From: an uncultured Planctomycetia bacterium
Lineage (GTDB): Bacteria; 4484-113; JAGGVC01
NCBI GenBank assembly: GCA_964388445.1
Contig: CAYMAI010000001.1
Coordinates: forward strand, 75,429 to 139,428
Length of the DNA stretch: 64,000 nucleotides
Direction: 5' to 3'
The notes under the pieces are model-generated. The model saw only the letters and a list, made by a program, of their open reading frames with translations, did not search any database and was not told where the DNA came from. Shown piece after piece: positions 36,356-46,662 of this stretch; within the stretch, counting starts at the first letter, position 1, and every line of letters starts with the position of its first letter. The position numbers and the translations under genes are program-made.

Positions 36356-37547
36356 CGCTTTTCGCTCCCGCCGGCCTCGCCGCCGCGGCGGCAACCATCG
36401 GCGACGGCTCCTCTTCGATTTCGGAATCTGCCGGAATGTCCTTCTTTTCGCCCATCCATTTAACTTCGGTTTCGAACCCTATTTTCGAAATATCCATTTC
36501 CTCTTCGTATTCACGGACGCGCATCAGGCTCGCAAGACCGACTTCCAACTGGCCGCGGTCGGGTCTACGCGTTGTTAGCCGCTGAAACGCCATACCGAAA
36601 GTCAAAAACAAATCCACGAGTTTGATATGACGGAATTTGTAAGCATGCTTGATGATTTCGTAACTGACGCCCGAAAGAATCGGGATAACCGCGATTCGAG
36701 TTAGCAGCCTGACCCAAAGCGGCGGCCACGACATTCCCGGAAAAAACGCGGCCACGATGGCGGCATCGATTATGCTTACGATAATTATCATCAAAACGAC
36801 CATAATCACGATAAAACTCGTGCCGCATCGAGGGTGAAGAGTGTCGAAAGTTTGAATGTAATCGAGCGATTGATTGCGCTGGTCGGCTTCGTGAGCGTTG
36901 ATTACGGTGTGCTCCGCGCCGTGATATTCGAAAACGCGTTTTATTTCGGCAAGCCGCGAAATCGCGAGAATGTATAAGACGAAAATCGAAAGCCTGATTG
37001 CTCCTTCGATTATATTTTTTAGCATCAGTTCGCCCACGCCGCCTTCCGCGCTGCTAAGCGCGCCGAGCAAATTGAAATGCGCAAGCCCCTCGACCACCCA
37101 AGTCGGCGCGGCTTTGAAAATGAACAAGGCGAATGCCAAAGACAGCCCGATTAAAAGATATTCGCCGATTTTGTTTTTCTTGTGAACCGGCGCCTCGTGA
37201 AGGTGCGTAATCGCGTACCGCTCGCTGGATAGGTTCAGCGCCCACATGCCCAACCCCATCATGTCCCAGAGCATAAAGAATCCGCGCACGAACGGCATTT
37301 CGGTAAGCCTTCTCGAAAATCGCGATTTCAGCGGCTTGTCGTAAACCTCGATTCCGCCCGCGCCTGTTCGAAGCGCGACAGCTGCGAACCGCTTTCCCTT
37401 CATCATCACGCCTTCGATGACCGCTTGACCGCCGTAAGGGATAGGCTCGGCGGGGCAGGATTGCGAAGTTCCGTTGCCATTTTCGCTCGCGCCAAGCGAT
37501 GCCCGCAAGGCAAAATCGAGCAAGTTTTTCAGTTTTGCAAAAAACAT
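36345..37547 (-). CDS. DUF1385 (YqhQ-like) membrane protein
   Basis: Motif PYGGQAVIEGVMMKGKRFAAV followed by several TM helices. Overlaps prfA by 11 nt. Confidence 0.6.
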   Translation of the reverse strand: MFFAKLKNLLDFALRASLGASENGNGTSQSCPAEPIPYGGQAVIEGVMMKGKRFAAVALRTGAGGIEVYDKPLKSRFSRRLTEMPFVRGFFMLWDMMGLGMWALNLSSERYAITHLHEAPVHKKNKIGEYLLIGLSLAFALFIFKAAPTWVVEGLAHFNLLGALSSAEGGVGELMLKNIIEGAIRLSIFVLYILAISRLAEIKRVFEYHGAEHTVINAHEADQRNQSLDYIQTFDTLHPRCGTSFIVIMVVLMIIIVSIIDAAIVAAFFPGMSWPPLWVRLLTRIAVIPILSGVSYEIIKHAYKFRHIKLVDLFLTFGMAFQRLTTRRPDRGQLEVGLASLMRVREYEEEMDISKIGFETEVKWMGEKKDIPADSEIEEEPSPMVAAAAARPAGAKSDVE

Positions 37548-37674
37548 GATGAGTGATAATACCCCAGCCTTTCGAATATGCGCTATCTTCTAGCTAGTGC
37601 CGTTTTCCGGCATGGCGTTCGCAAACGCGCGCGCGCATGCTGCGCGGAAGCCGGAAAAATCGATGACTGCGTTG

Positions 37675-37890
37675 CTATTTTTTCGTCTGCGCGGCTCTCG
37701 CGGCGCGGCGTTCGAATTTTTCAACGCGCCCCGTCGTGTCGAGAATCGTCCGCTTGCCCGTGAAGAACGGATGGCAAGCGCTGCAGAGGTCGAGCCTCAT
37801 TTCCTTGCGCGTGGATTGCAGTTTATAGACCGCGCCGCATGCGCATTTGACTTCGATTTCCTGAAATACCGGATGTATATCTTTCTTCAT
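37675..37890 (-). CDS. rpmE: 50S ribosomal protein L31 (zinc-ribbon type)
   Basis: [46 protein letters not shown], with four Cys ligands. Six-frame ORF trimmed to the internal ATG. Confidence 0.9.
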   Translation of the reverse strand: MKKDIHPVFQEIEVKCACGAVYKLQSTRKEMRLDLCSACHPFFTGKRTILDTTGRVEKFERRAARAAQTKK

Positions 37891-37924
37891 AAATACCACC
37901 GTGCCCGCAAGAGGCAAGCGGGTA

Positions 37925-38767
37925 TTATACCCCGCGTTTTGCCGAATGCAACCTTTCCGCATACTCGAAATCGATTTCGTTGTCCACGTCGAATGCGAGC
38001 AGAGGGCTGGATTCCATGACGGCGAACGTCTTCGCGCCGGTAATTGCCGTTAGCCGCATTTCGGCTTCTTTAACCTGCAAAGTTCCGGCAAGAAACTTGA
38101 ATATAAAAGCCGGGCCTAGCATGCCCGCTAGCTTTGCCGGGTTTTTCCTTGCGTTATGAGCGTCTTGGAACAGCCCGATGTTTGTCATTATCGCCGCCGT
38201 ACGCGCGAAAATTACGCTGCCTAGCGTTAGGTTTCCCTCCTTCAGCCGGTTGAACCTGTTTTTCGCGCCAGGAAATTCCTGTAGGAAATCCTCTTTCGAA
38301 ACCGCCGGAAGCGCAAGTCCTGCGCCTGCCGGAACTTTCGCCAGAAACCCGCATATCGATTCCGCTGTTATAAACGGCAAATCGGGCGAAACTACCAAAA
38401 TTTTTTCGGCCGCTTGGGCGCCCGGCGGCGCTTCGATTCCGGCAATAATGTTGTCGAGTAAAGTCTTTCCTTCCTTCGAGTGAAATACCGGGATTTTCGG
38501 CCCAATCTCTGCGTTTATCCGCTCAACTTCGACAGCGACCTCGGCCGGCCCGACGGCAACCAAATCCGTCATTTCGAAAATGGAATCGCTATCCGCAACC
38601 GGCGGCAAATCGCGAATTCCAAGCGACGCCGTAACCGCCCGTTCGAGCAAGCTTTTTCCGCCGCATTTCAAAAGCGCCTTGACGCCGCCCGGCGATATTC
38701 CCCGCATACTATTTTTCAGCCTGCCGCCGCATGTAAGCACGATTCTGATTCCGTCGCGTTTTACCAT
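37925..38767 (-). CDS. MobA-like nucleotidyltransferase-fold protein
   Basis: N-terminal TCGGRLKN...[15 protein letters not shown] resembles the GT-A / NTP-transferase glycine-rich loop. Function not further assignable. Confidence 0.45.
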   Translation of the reverse strand: MVKRDGIRIVLTCGGRLKNSMRGISPGGVKALLKCGGKSLLERAVTASLGIRDLPPVADSDSIFEMTDLVAVGPAEVAVEVERINAEIGPKIPVFHSKEGKTLLDNIIAGIEAPPGAQAAEKILVVSPDLPFITAESICGFLAKVPAGAGLALPAVSKEDFLQEFPGAKNRFNRLKEGNLTLGSVIFARTAAIMTNIGLFQDAHNARKNPAKLAGMLGPAFIFKFLAGTLQVKEAEMRLTAITGAKTFAVMESSPLLAFDVDNEIDFEYAERLHSAKRGV

Positions 38768-38780
38768 TTGGTTTTTCCGG

Positions 38781-39692
38781 TCATCGCATTACTTTTCGAA
38801 TCAGCAGTTTTACCGTCCACAAGTACCACAAGTACGACAAGACCGCGAGCACAGCCAAGCTGCAAGCCATACCCGTCCTCGCGGTGAACCACGACATCGG
38901 TTCTTCCGCCAGCATAAAAGCGTAAATGAGCGGCCCGAGAAAATTGGAGCAAATCGTTACGTGAGCCGTCAGCTCCGAAAACGATCCGCCCGGAATTTGC
39001 CCGAGCGCCCTTGTCATTTCGACGAGCACGAGAATCACAACCGGCGCGACCGAGTGAAAAATCGAATATCCGAATACCGCAAAAAATCTGGCGACCGCGC
39101 TGCGTGGAATCAAACCGATAAACGCCGCGGCGAAAATCAGGTAAAGCTGAATCGCGATCATGGCTATCGCGATACCCGCCAATTCGAGCGCGCTTTTCCC
39201 GCTCGAACCGTAATAGCTGCTTCGCGAAATGTATTCGTAAATAACGGTGAAAGACGCCGAGTAAACGAGCATCGCCGGTATATATCTAAAAATCCTCGAC
39301 GCCAAAAGCTGGCCGACGATCCGGCGAGGCGATATGCCGGCAACCAGCCAGTCCTGGACGTGCATCGCGTCGGCCGCCGTTGATACCGCCATCGCTCCCA
39401 CCGCGAGCGCGTTAACCAGCGCGCAAAACGGAATTGCTATGACCAAAATGGCGGATGCAATTTGCAGAAAATCGTCCAAGGAATGTACAGGCGCAGTTAA
39501 ATAAACGATAACGTACGCCACTAGATATATCGAAATGGCTGCGGCGATTATTCCCTTTGCCGTTGACAGCCGTTTGAAAATGGCCAAAAAGCGCGCCGCC
39601 ACTCTTCTGTCCGCGATTACGTTTTCAAGGCCGAAAACCGGAATTCGCTCGTATGAATCCCGCATAAAATGTCTTCTCGCGCTTTCCGCCAC
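38781..39692 (-). CDS. hypothetical polytopic membrane protein
   Basis: 303 aa with at least six hydrophobic helices. No motif recognised. Confidence 0.45.
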   Translation of the reverse strand: MAESARRHFMRDSYERIPVFGLENVIADRRVAARFLAIFKRLSTAKGIIAAAISIYLVAYVIVYLTAPVHSLDDFLQIASAILVIAIPFCALVNALAVGAMAVSTAADAMHVQDWLVAGISPRRIVGQLLASRIFRYIPAMLVYSASFTVIYEYISRSSYYGSSGKSALELAGIAIAMIAIQLYLIFAAAFIGLIPRSAVARFFAVFGYSIFHSVAPVVILVLVEMTRALGQIPGGSFSELTAHVTICSNFLGPLIYAFMLAEEPMSWFTARTGMACSLAVLAVLSYLWYLWTVKLLIRKVMR

Positions 39693-39870
39693 GAGTTTAT
39701 GTTATCACGCGGCACATCGAGGTTTATCTACAGCCTTCAACATGCGACCTGGTATTGTTGATAACTCTTGACTTTTAGGTAGCTTATCGAATAAAATTCA
39801 ATTTCGAATCGCCGCCGCCAAGCATAGTCCGCCGCCAAATTCACTCTGCCCCGACGGGCGGGGAGTTGAT

Positions 39871-40827
39871 ATGAGATTCAGGCCGAAAAGAAAGAAGCGA
39901 CCGGTGATTATCTACGTGCTTCTTCTGCTTGTTGCGTCAGGCGTCGCAGTTCGCCACACGATTTTTTCCGAGGGCGCGCTGCCCCAAGAACGTTTCGTTA
40001 AAAACAGCGAACTAACCTATTCTCAAGGCCCTCTCGCGCCATCTTCAGGCGGTAACACGTTATCGGCGGAATCCGAATCCGAAGGCGGCCCGCCGTCGAT
40101 TATTCCGCGCGAAAACGAAAATTTCCCGCATGCCGATCCCGCTCATCAAACTCCCCCCGAAAAGGCGCAGCCCGCGCAATTCAAAGACGCCGGCTATTTC
40201 GCTGGCGGAAAAGCCGACGACGGCATCGCGATTACCGGCATAAGATTCGGCAAGGACAAGGACATTCGCAGGGTAGTCATCGACTTCGGCGCGATGGACC
40301 AGGGCGGCAAAATCGTTCCTGCGGAAGTTCACCCGAAATACAAGGTCGAATACCGCTCCTGTCCGTACAGATTTACGCTAACTTTTCCCGGCGTTAAATA
40401 CAGCGATGCCGCGAAGGTCCAGAAGAAAAACGGGCTGCCGTTCAGTCTTGTAACGGACAAAGCGGGAAAAATTGCCCAGCTCGAATTCTTCGCAACCAAC
40501 CCCGCGCTTTTCAAGGTCATCGAAGTGGACGACCCGGCCAGACTCGCGATAGACATCAAGTACAAATACGACGTCGAAGTTCCGCGTATTCACGTCGTTC
40601 AAGTCGTAGGCGTTTCGAGCGTTGAAAAAGCTTTCGAGCTTGTCGATACCGGCAGGTTTCCCGAATCCTTCAAGCCGCAGATAGTTGTTATCGGGGAAAA
40701 GTTTTTCATCGAGGGCATTTACGACACTTTCGAAAAAGCCGTACAGGTGAACTCCGAACTAGAAGCCGGCGGTTATTCGACCATAATCAGCGAGCGCAAG
40801 GGAAACGCATTTCCGGTTGACGGCTGA
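39871..40827 (+). CDS. SPOR-domain (peptidoglycan-binding) protein with N-terminal membrane anchor
   Basis: N-terminal TM helix, a proline/low-complexity linker, and a C-terminal ~80-aa region with a SPOR-like pattern (VVQVVGVSSVEKAFELVDTGRF ... VVIGEKFFIEGIYDTFEKAVQVNSELEAGGYSTII). Confidence 0.5.
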   Translation: MRFRPKRKKRPVIIYVLLLLVASGVAVRHTIFSEGALPQERFVKNSELTYSQGPLAPSSGGNTLSAESESEGGPPSIIPRENENFPHADPAHQTPPEKAQPAQFKDAGYFAGGKADDGIAITGIRFGKDKDIRRVVIDFGAMDQGGKIVPAEVHPKYKVEYRSCPYRFTLTFPGVKYSDAAKVQKKNGLPFSLVTDKAGKIAQLEFFATNPALFKVIEVDDPARLAIDIKYKYDVEVPRIHVVQVVGVSSVEKAFELVDTGRFPESFKPQIVVIGEKFFIEGIYDTFEKAVQVNSELEAGGYSTIISERKGNAFPVDG

Positions 40828-41117
40828 TGGAATCGGTCATCGCCAAGTATTTCGGATTTTTCTTGATGGCCGTTTCGCTTGCGGGACTTTTCATTTTATT
40901 TCGAAGATTTGGAGTAAAATATGGTTCCGGCCGGCGCAGGAGCTCTTCGCATTCCGAACGAACGGCATCCGAAATTCTTCGGGCCGGGACGCATAGACTT
41001 CCGGAAAGCGCTAGGCGCATTCCCGCGGACGGCAGGCGGCTATCCGGAAGCGATTCGGAATTTCTGAGCGAGCTTTCAAAGAAACAGACCGCTGCGCTTA
41101 AAAGAAAGCGGTCATAG
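40827..41117 (+). CDS. small membrane protein (one TM + Arg/Ser-rich tail), translationally coupled to upstream gene
   Basis: TGATG stop/start overlap with the SPOR gene. Hydrophobic helix FFLMAVSLAGLFILF. Confidence 0.3.
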   Translation: MESVIAKYFGFFLMAVSLAGLFILFRRFGVKYGSGRRRSSSHSERTASEILRAGTHRLPESARRIPADGRRLSGSDSEFLSELSKKQTAALKRKRS

Positions 41118-41124
41118 GCGATAT

Positions 41125-41610
41125 ATGGACGGCGAAACCAATAATGCGCAATTAGGCGGCTCCAAGACGAGGGGGCGCCGCAAAACGCACTTCAAAAGAA
41201 AATCCTCATTCGCCACGATTATGGAGTCTTTGCTCAACGTAATCCTAATCGTCTTGTTTCTGATCGTAATCGCGCTCATCGCAGGCGCGGCGTTCGCAAC
41301 CAATTACATGATAGGCGTTTTGCAGGACATCAGTGTTACGGACTATTCCGAGCCGCAAAACCGCATAAAGGAATATCAGGCATATTTCGAGAGATTGGCG
41401 ACGCACGGATACGGCGTGGTCGAAAGCGAGCCGTTCATTCGCGAAGGCGAGAAATATTATCTTTGGACGGTCACTCCCCCCAAGTCGAGCGAACAGCTCG
41501 TGTACAGATGGAGACTCAGTCTAGAAGACAACAAGGTAGTTCCTTTGACGAGCGCGGCGATTAAGCTCGACCAGGAGCTGGGCTTCGCAACCGGCATTGC
41601 GTTCGAATAA
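41125..41610 (+). CDS. hypothetical membrane-anchored protein
   Basis: Basic N-terminus, one TM helix (LLNVILIVLFLIVIALIAGAAFA), and a soluble C-terminal domain. Confidence 0.4.
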   Translation: MDGETNNAQLGGSKTRGRRKTHFKRKSSFATIMESLLNVILIVLFLIVIALIAGAAFATNYMIGVLQDISVTDYSEPQNRIKEYQAYFERLATHGYGVVESEPFIREGEKYYLWTVTPPKSSEQLVYRWRLSLEDNKVVPLTSAAIKLDQELGFATGIAFE

Positions 41611-41708
41611 GGGCATATTCGCCCTTTAAACCGATTGCTTCGTTAATACAAGCTTAAATTCCCAATCGCATCAATGCTATAATCCCTGCGCGAGCCATCG
41701 CAAGGAGC

Positions 41709-42278
41709 ATGTCCATGGGATACGCGCTGATAATCGTCGTCGTAGTACTGGTGCTGTTTATCCTGATGTTCATCGGGATTTACAACGGCCTCGTCCGCAA
41801 GCGTCAGGACGTTAAAGCAAGCTGGGCGCAAATCGACGTCCAGCTTAAAAAGCGCTACGACCTCATCCCGAACCTCGTGGAAACGGTCAAAGGCTACGCC
41901 GCGCACGAGCGGGAGGCGTTCGAAAAAGTGACGCAGGCTCGAACGATGGCGATGGGCGCGCAGGGCGTGGCGGACCAGGCGAAAGCGGAAAATTTCCTTT
42001 CATCGACGCTAAAAAGCCTGTTCGCCGTAAGCGAAGCCTATCCCGATTTGAAAGCCAACCAAAATTTCCTGATGCTTCAGGAAGAGCTTTCGGGAATCGA
42101 ATCCAAAATCGCCTATGCCCGTCAGCACTACAACGACGTCGTTATGGTGTACGAAACGGGCCGCATGCAGTTTCCCGCCAGCATTGTCGCGGGCATCGCG
42201 GGATTCGGACCGGAGGAATATTTCGAAATCGAAATCGCCGAAGAGCGCGAAGTCCCCAAGGTCAGCTTCACGAAGTAG
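41709..42278 (+). CDS. lemA: LemA family protein
   Basis: N-terminal TM plus LemA motif (GIYNGLVRKRQDVKASWAQIDVQLKKRYDLIPNLVETVKGYAAHEREAFEKVTQAR). Confidence 0.85.
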   Translation: MSMGYALIIVVVVLVLFILMFIGIYNGLVRKRQDVKASWAQIDVQLKKRYDLIPNLVETVKGYAAHEREAFEKVTQARTMAMGAQGVADQAKAENFLSSTLKSLFAVSEAYPDLKANQNFLMLQEELSGIESKIAYARQHYNDVVMVYETGRMQFPASIVAGIAGFGPEEYFEIEIAEEREVPKVSFTK

Positions 42279-42304
42279 CGGCGTGAAAAGGCCCGGAGGA
42301 AAAA

Positions 42305-42913
42305 ATGCCGCATAAATCGGGCCGCAGAAGGGCAAGCGGAATATACGGCTTTCTTTGGAGCGCCGCCGTCATAGCGTTCCTTGTTGCCGCGTGGCTGGTT
42401 AGCCAAAGAAACGCGCCCGATTTCGACGAAGGCGAGTTGACGGCACAGGCTCAACTTAAAAAAAGCTTCGAAGAAGAAAAATTCGACCCGGAAAATCCGC
42501 CGGACTTCGTCGTCGAAAAAGCGGAAATAGTCTTGAGCGAAGCGGACGGCAGCCTTAAGTTAAGATTCAAAACCGACCGGATTATCGGCGAAGATGCGAC
42601 GGTCGGTGTAAAAGAAATAGAAGCGGTGTTCGCCCTCGAATCCGGCGAATCTCTCGTGTTCACCGCAACCGACAGCCTATATAGGATTCAAGGCAAGCTC
42701 GCCACGGTGGACGGCGAAGTGTCCGGGGAAATTCCGGAACGCGGCCAAAAGTTCACCGCAAAACGACTATCGTGGAGCGAAGATTCCGCGGTTATAACCG
42801 CATTTAACGTAAGCATGAGCGACCCTCAATTCGAGGCGAGCGGAAAAACTATGCGCATCGAGTTAAGCACCGGCGTAATCGAAATCGAAGACGGCGTCAG
42901 GATGGATATCTGA
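42305..42913 (+). CDS. hypothetical membrane-anchored periplasmic protein (LptC-like/DUF1239-like fold possible)
   Basis: Single N-terminal TM then a beta-rich soluble region. The family guess is weak. Confidence 0.35.
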   Translation: MPHKSGRRRASGIYGFLWSAAVIAFLVAAWLVSQRNAPDFDEGELTAQAQLKKSFEEEKFDPENPPDFVVEKAEIVLSEADGSLKLRFKTDRIIGEDATVGVKEIEAVFALESGESLVFTATDSLYRIQGKLATVDGEVSGEIPERGQKFTAKRLSWSEDSAVITAFNVSMSDPQFEASGKTMRIELSTGVIEIEDGVRMDI

Positions 42914-43770
42914 TGCCTTATGAACTGCAGCAGTATTTTTACTCGAGTCAAAAAGAAATCGCGGTTTCCATTGCGGTTTTCGTCATCGGATGCCTGCTGT
43001 TTTTTAAATGGATACGCGGGGTTTTAAATCCCGGAGTATTGCCCGCATTTAAGCATTTTTTTTTCGGTGTTTTGTTCGGTCTAGTATCGCCTGCGATTGC
43101 GCTTATGTTGGCGTGGGCGTGCGGGGATGCAAGGCCCAGCATCGATTCGGCTTCATACTTGCAATCGCCGGTTCTCAACCTCGATTGGGGCTGGCTCGCC
43201 TTGCTGCTGATAACCGCCGCTGTGCACGAGGAAATATTGATGCGGGGGATTTTTCTTGTCGTGCCTTTCGGCGCGGCAACCGCGATTATCGAATTTGCTT
43301 CGAGAAAATTTCGCGGGCGCCCGCCCGGCTTTTTTTGCACGGCGCGCAACTCAGCATTCGTTATTTTGCTTTGCTTTCAAGCGGCATATTTCGGTTACGC
43401 TCATATCAACAATCCCGCAATCACGCCGCTTTCGATTGTTAACATCGGCATCGCCGGATTAATGTTCGGTCTAATGGTTTACTTTTCGGGCAGCTTTTAT
43501 ACGGCTGTCGGCGCGCATTTCGCTTGGAACTACTCATACGTCATTTTCGATCTGCCGGTTTCGGGATATAGGTTTTCGCCCTTTTCCCGCTTGATTCCGT
43601 TCGAACTTAAAGACGGCGGCATTATCGGCGGCGGAAGTTTCGGCCTCGAAGGCGGACTCGCCATGACGTTCGTTTTAATCGCCGCGACCATTGCGATTCC
43701 ATTTGCGGCCTCGCGCCGCAAAAAACTTTTCGAATACATAAACCACGGTTCAATCCAGAAATCCGGTTAG
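42913..43770 (+). CDS. CPBP-family intramembrane metalloprotease (CAAX protease/Abi family)
   Basis: The three CPBP motifs are present: EExxxR (HEEILMRG), FxxxH (FGYAHINN) and HxxxN (HFAWN). Confidence 0.8.
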   Translation: MPYELQQYFYSSQKEIAVSIAVFVIGCLLFFKWIRGVLNPGVLPAFKHFFFGVLFGLVSPAIALMLAWACGDARPSIDSASYLQSPVLNLDWGWLALLLITAAVHEEILMRGIFLVVPFGAATAIIEFASRKFRGRPPGFFCTARNSAFVILLCFQAAYFGYAHINNPAITPLSIVNIGIAGLMFGLMVYFSGSFYTAVGAHFAWNYSYVIFDLPVSGYRFSPFSRLIPFELKDGGIIGGGSFGLEGGLAMTFVLIAATIAIPFAASRRKKLFEYINHGSIQKSG

Positions 43771-43928
43771 TTTGCGCAAAGCTGCATCAGCCAAATTAAT
43801 TGACAAAAAATGTATTTTCTTTAGTTTTGTGGTAAAATTGAATTCGGGAGAGACCAAGGCAATAGCCGGACATAAACGGCTTTTGAAGGTATTCGTCCGA
43901 ATCAAGGCCGAAAGGAGGTCGAAAATGA

Positions 43929-44699
43929 ATGTCCGACAGACCGTTTCTTAAAATCGGAAGATTGATCAGAAACTTGCGGCTAAGCGCGGGGCTTGCCCAG
44001 CATGAATTGGCCGATGAGGCCGGAATCAACAACAGCTATCTTTCGCGAATCGAAAACGGCGAAAGAAGGCCCAGTCCCAAAATAATGAAAAGGCTGTCCG
44101 AAATTTTGCCGGCCTCTTACGAGGAACTTGTAATCACGAGCGGACTTCTCAGCGAGGAATTCGCTATCGTACCCAAAGAAGAATCTAAACCCCGGTTTTA
44201 CAGAACCGCGGAGGAATTGGCGCCCGCCGTTTCGAAGATGAAGCGCCGGCGATTTCCCGCGAGGGATGAAAGCGAACGCATTATCGGCAGAGTGAAGCGC
44301 AGGCCGACGCCGGTTTTCGACAAAATTCCGGCCGGATTTTTCGACGATGCGAACGTCGTTCAGGAATACGACAGCATCGAGCAAATCGTACTCAGCGAAG
44401 ACGAGCTTGGCTACGATCCCCGTGCTTTCGCGCTACGCGTAAAAGGCGACTCGATGATCGACGCAGGAATTTTCGAAGACGACATAGTTATTGTAAGTCC
44501 GGGCACCGAAGTAAGAAACGGCGATATCGCGGCCGTGGGCTACAGAAACGTCGAAATTACGCTGAAGAAGTATTACCGGGAAGACGCGGTCATAGTCCTC
44601 CAGCCGTGCAATTCACGCTATCCGCCAATTACTTTCACTCATCCGGAAGAGATAAACTTACTGGGCAAAGTAATTCTTGTAAGGCGCAAGCTGTCCTGA
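43929..44699 (+). CDS. LexA-like repressor (XRE-type HTH + S24 peptidase domain)
   Basis: N-terminal HTH (LRLSAGLAQHELADEAGINNSYLSRIENGER). C-terminal S24 fold with catalytic Ser (VKGDSMIDAGI) and Lys (ITLKKY). RBS AGGAGG upstream. Confidence 0.75.
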   Translation: MSDRPFLKIGRLIRNLRLSAGLAQHELADEAGINNSYLSRIENGERRPSPKIMKRLSEILPASYEELVITSGLLSEEFAIVPKEESKPRFYRTAEELAPAVSKMKRRRFPARDESERIIGRVKRRPTPVFDKIPAGFFDDANVVQEYDSIEQIVLSEDELGYDPRAFALRVKGDSMIDAGIFEDDIVIVSPGTEVRNGDIAAVGYRNVEITLKKYYREDAVIVLQPCNSRYPPITFTHPEEINLLGKVILVRRKLS

Positions 44700-44734
44700 C
44701 CCGGGCGCAATAATCGAGACATATTGCGGTTCGA

Positions 44735-45964
44735 TTACCGGCCGTACACCCATTCGGCTACGAACAAATTCGTTTCGCCCACTATGAGGCTGTTGCGATT
44801 GCTCGCGAACACTAGGTGTTTGCCGTCGGGACTGAACATCGGAAAGCCGTCGAAATCGTCGAAAAACGTTACCTGCTCCGGCTCGCCGCCTTCGGATGGA
44901 ATTACGAACAAATCAAAGTTCCGCCCGCGAGGGTTGTGCCGGTTGCTTGAATAAATCAAATAGCTGTTGTCGGGATAAAGATTCGGGCCGAATGAAGCTC
45001 CGCCGTCGAAAGTTAGCTGCCGCTTTCCTGTGCCGTCGCGGTTCATTATCCAAAGGTCCAAGTTGCCGGGCCTTACAAGTCCACGAGAGAGAAGGTCTAA
45101 ATAATCCGCTTTTTCTTCTTCCGATTTGACTGGCTGCCTTCTCCAAACGATAAGCGACCCGTCGTATCCTGGGAAACTGCCGCCGTCGTATCCCAGCTCT
45201 TGCGTTAGCCTAGTAACTTCTTTGGTGGAAACATCCATCGCGTAAAGGTCGAGGTCGCCGTCGCGCATCGAAGTGAATACAATCCGGTCGCCGTGAGACC
45301 AATCCACGCCTTCGATTTCCGCGTCATATCCGGGGCTGTCGGTAAGCCGTTCAAGGATTTCCCCGGTCTCTGAATCGGCGATATACAGCTCGTATTCCGG
45401 ATGTATCGGCCATACGTAGCCTTTCGAATAATCCGGCGGCGGCGGCGGCGAATGCATGTCCGCGTGCGTGCTCGCGAAAACTATCCTGCGATTATCGCCA
45501 AGAAAAAACGAACAGGTGCAAACTCCGGTTCCCGTATCGATTTTACGCACTCCGCCCGTCATCACGTCCATAATGTAAATCCGGTCCGCATAGTCGCCTT
45601 CGCGTTTGCTTTGAAACGAAAGCTTCTTGCCGTCCGGAGACCAATAAGCTTCGGCGTTTTCGCCGCCGAAAGTTATCTGGCGGATATTTCGGATGAAGCG
45701 CTCTTCGCCCGGAAACATCGGAGGTCCGGGATAAAGATGCGGCTGCTGAAATCCATTTTCCGCAAGTTCCATTTCTTCCGCCGATAATTCCACTCCCGCA
45801 GTTCCGATCGTTCCCGACACGGCGTGTTTAATCTCGCTTGCCGCGCCGTCCTGCGCGGGCTGATGTGCGAGCAGCGGCGCTGTTAATGAAACGGCCGCCA
45901 CAAATGCGGTCAAAACGGCATAAGTGAATACGGCGATGCTTGGTTTTTTCATGACTTCTTTCAT
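44735..45964 (-). CDS. TolB-like WD40/PD40 beta-propeller periplasmic protein
   Basis: Signal peptide (MKKPSIAVFTYAVLTAFVAAVSL). Repeated PD40-like units (SPDGKKLSF, SPDGKHLVFASNR). Start trimmed to avoid the purN overlap. Confidence 0.6.
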   Translation of the reverse strand: MKEVMKKPSIAVFTYAVLTAFVAAVSLTAPLLAHQPAQDGAASEIKHAVSGTIGTAGVELSAEEMELAENGFQQPHLYPGPPMFPGEERFIRNIRQITFGGENAEAYWSPDGKKLSFQSKREGDYADRIYIMDVMTGGVRKIDTGTGVCTCSFFLGDNRRIVFASTHADMHSPPPPPDYSKGYVWPIHPEYELYIADSETGEILERLTDSPGYDAEIEGVDWSHGDRIVFTSMRDGDLDLYAMDVSTKEVTRLTQELGYDGGSFPGYDGSLIVWRRQPVKSEEEKADYLDLLSRGLVRPGNLDLWIMNRDGTGKRQLTFDGGASFGPNLYPDNSYLIYSSNRHNPRGRNFDLFVIPSEGGEPEQVTFFDDFDGFPMFSPDGKHLVFASNRNSLIVGETNLFVAEWVYGR

Positions 45965-45990
45965 ACCTTCCATAGCGAAAATCGAATATA

Positions 45991-46662
45991 TCATTCCCGG
46001 CTTGTGCCGAAAATTTCCGCTCGTGAACGGCCTTTTACATATACTTTGCCGTTTTCCAGCTTCACGCGCCCTTCCGCAAACCACTGAACGGCTTGCGGAT
46101 AAAGCTGCCGTTCTTCCGCCTGCACCCTTGCCGCGAGCGTCTCCGGCGTGTCGTCATCGAGCACAGCGACCGCCCGCTGCGCGATTATCGGGCCGTGGTC
46201 ATATTCGTCGTCGGCGAAATGCACGGTGCAACCCGTAATCTGTACGCCGCGCTCGATAACCGCTTCATGCACTCGATGGCCGTAAAACCCTTGACCGCCG
46301 AACATCGGCAATAAAGCGGGATGAATGTTGATCATTTTGCCCTTGTATTTTTCGCACGCCAAATACTTGCTCATAAAACCTGCGAAGCAAATCAAATCGA
46401 CTTCGAATTCGCCGAGCGCATCGTCGATCAGCGCGCTGAACTTGACGATGTCCGGATTTTCCTTACGGCTCACTATTCGAACCGGAATCCCCGCGGCTTC
46501 CGCAATTTCTATGCCGCGCACGCCTTTTCTTGTCGAAACGGCAACCTCGATGCTCGCGTCGAGCGTTCCGTCTTCGATTCGGCGTATAAAGTTTTCAAGC
46601 GTGCTTCCGCCGCCGCTGAATAGGACGGCGATTTTTATTGGACTCACCTTATGCGCTGGCAC
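45991..46662 (-). CDS. purN: phosphoribosylglycinamide formyltransferase
   Basis: IAVLFSGGGSTLENF. INIHPALLP (the conserved His of the formyl-transfer site). CTVHFADDEYDHGPII (conserved Asp). Confidence 0.85.
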   Translation of the reverse strand: MPAHKVSPIKIAVLFSGGGSTLENFIRRIEDGTLDASIEVAVSTRKGVRGIEIAEAAGIPVRIVSRKENPDIVKFSALIDDALGEFEVDLICFAGFMSKYLACEKYKGKMINIHPALLPMFGGQGFYGHRVHEAVIERGVQITGCTVHFADDEYDHGPIIAQRAVAVLDDDTPETLAARVQAEERQLYPQAVQWFAEGRVKLENGKVYVKGRSRAEIFGTSRE

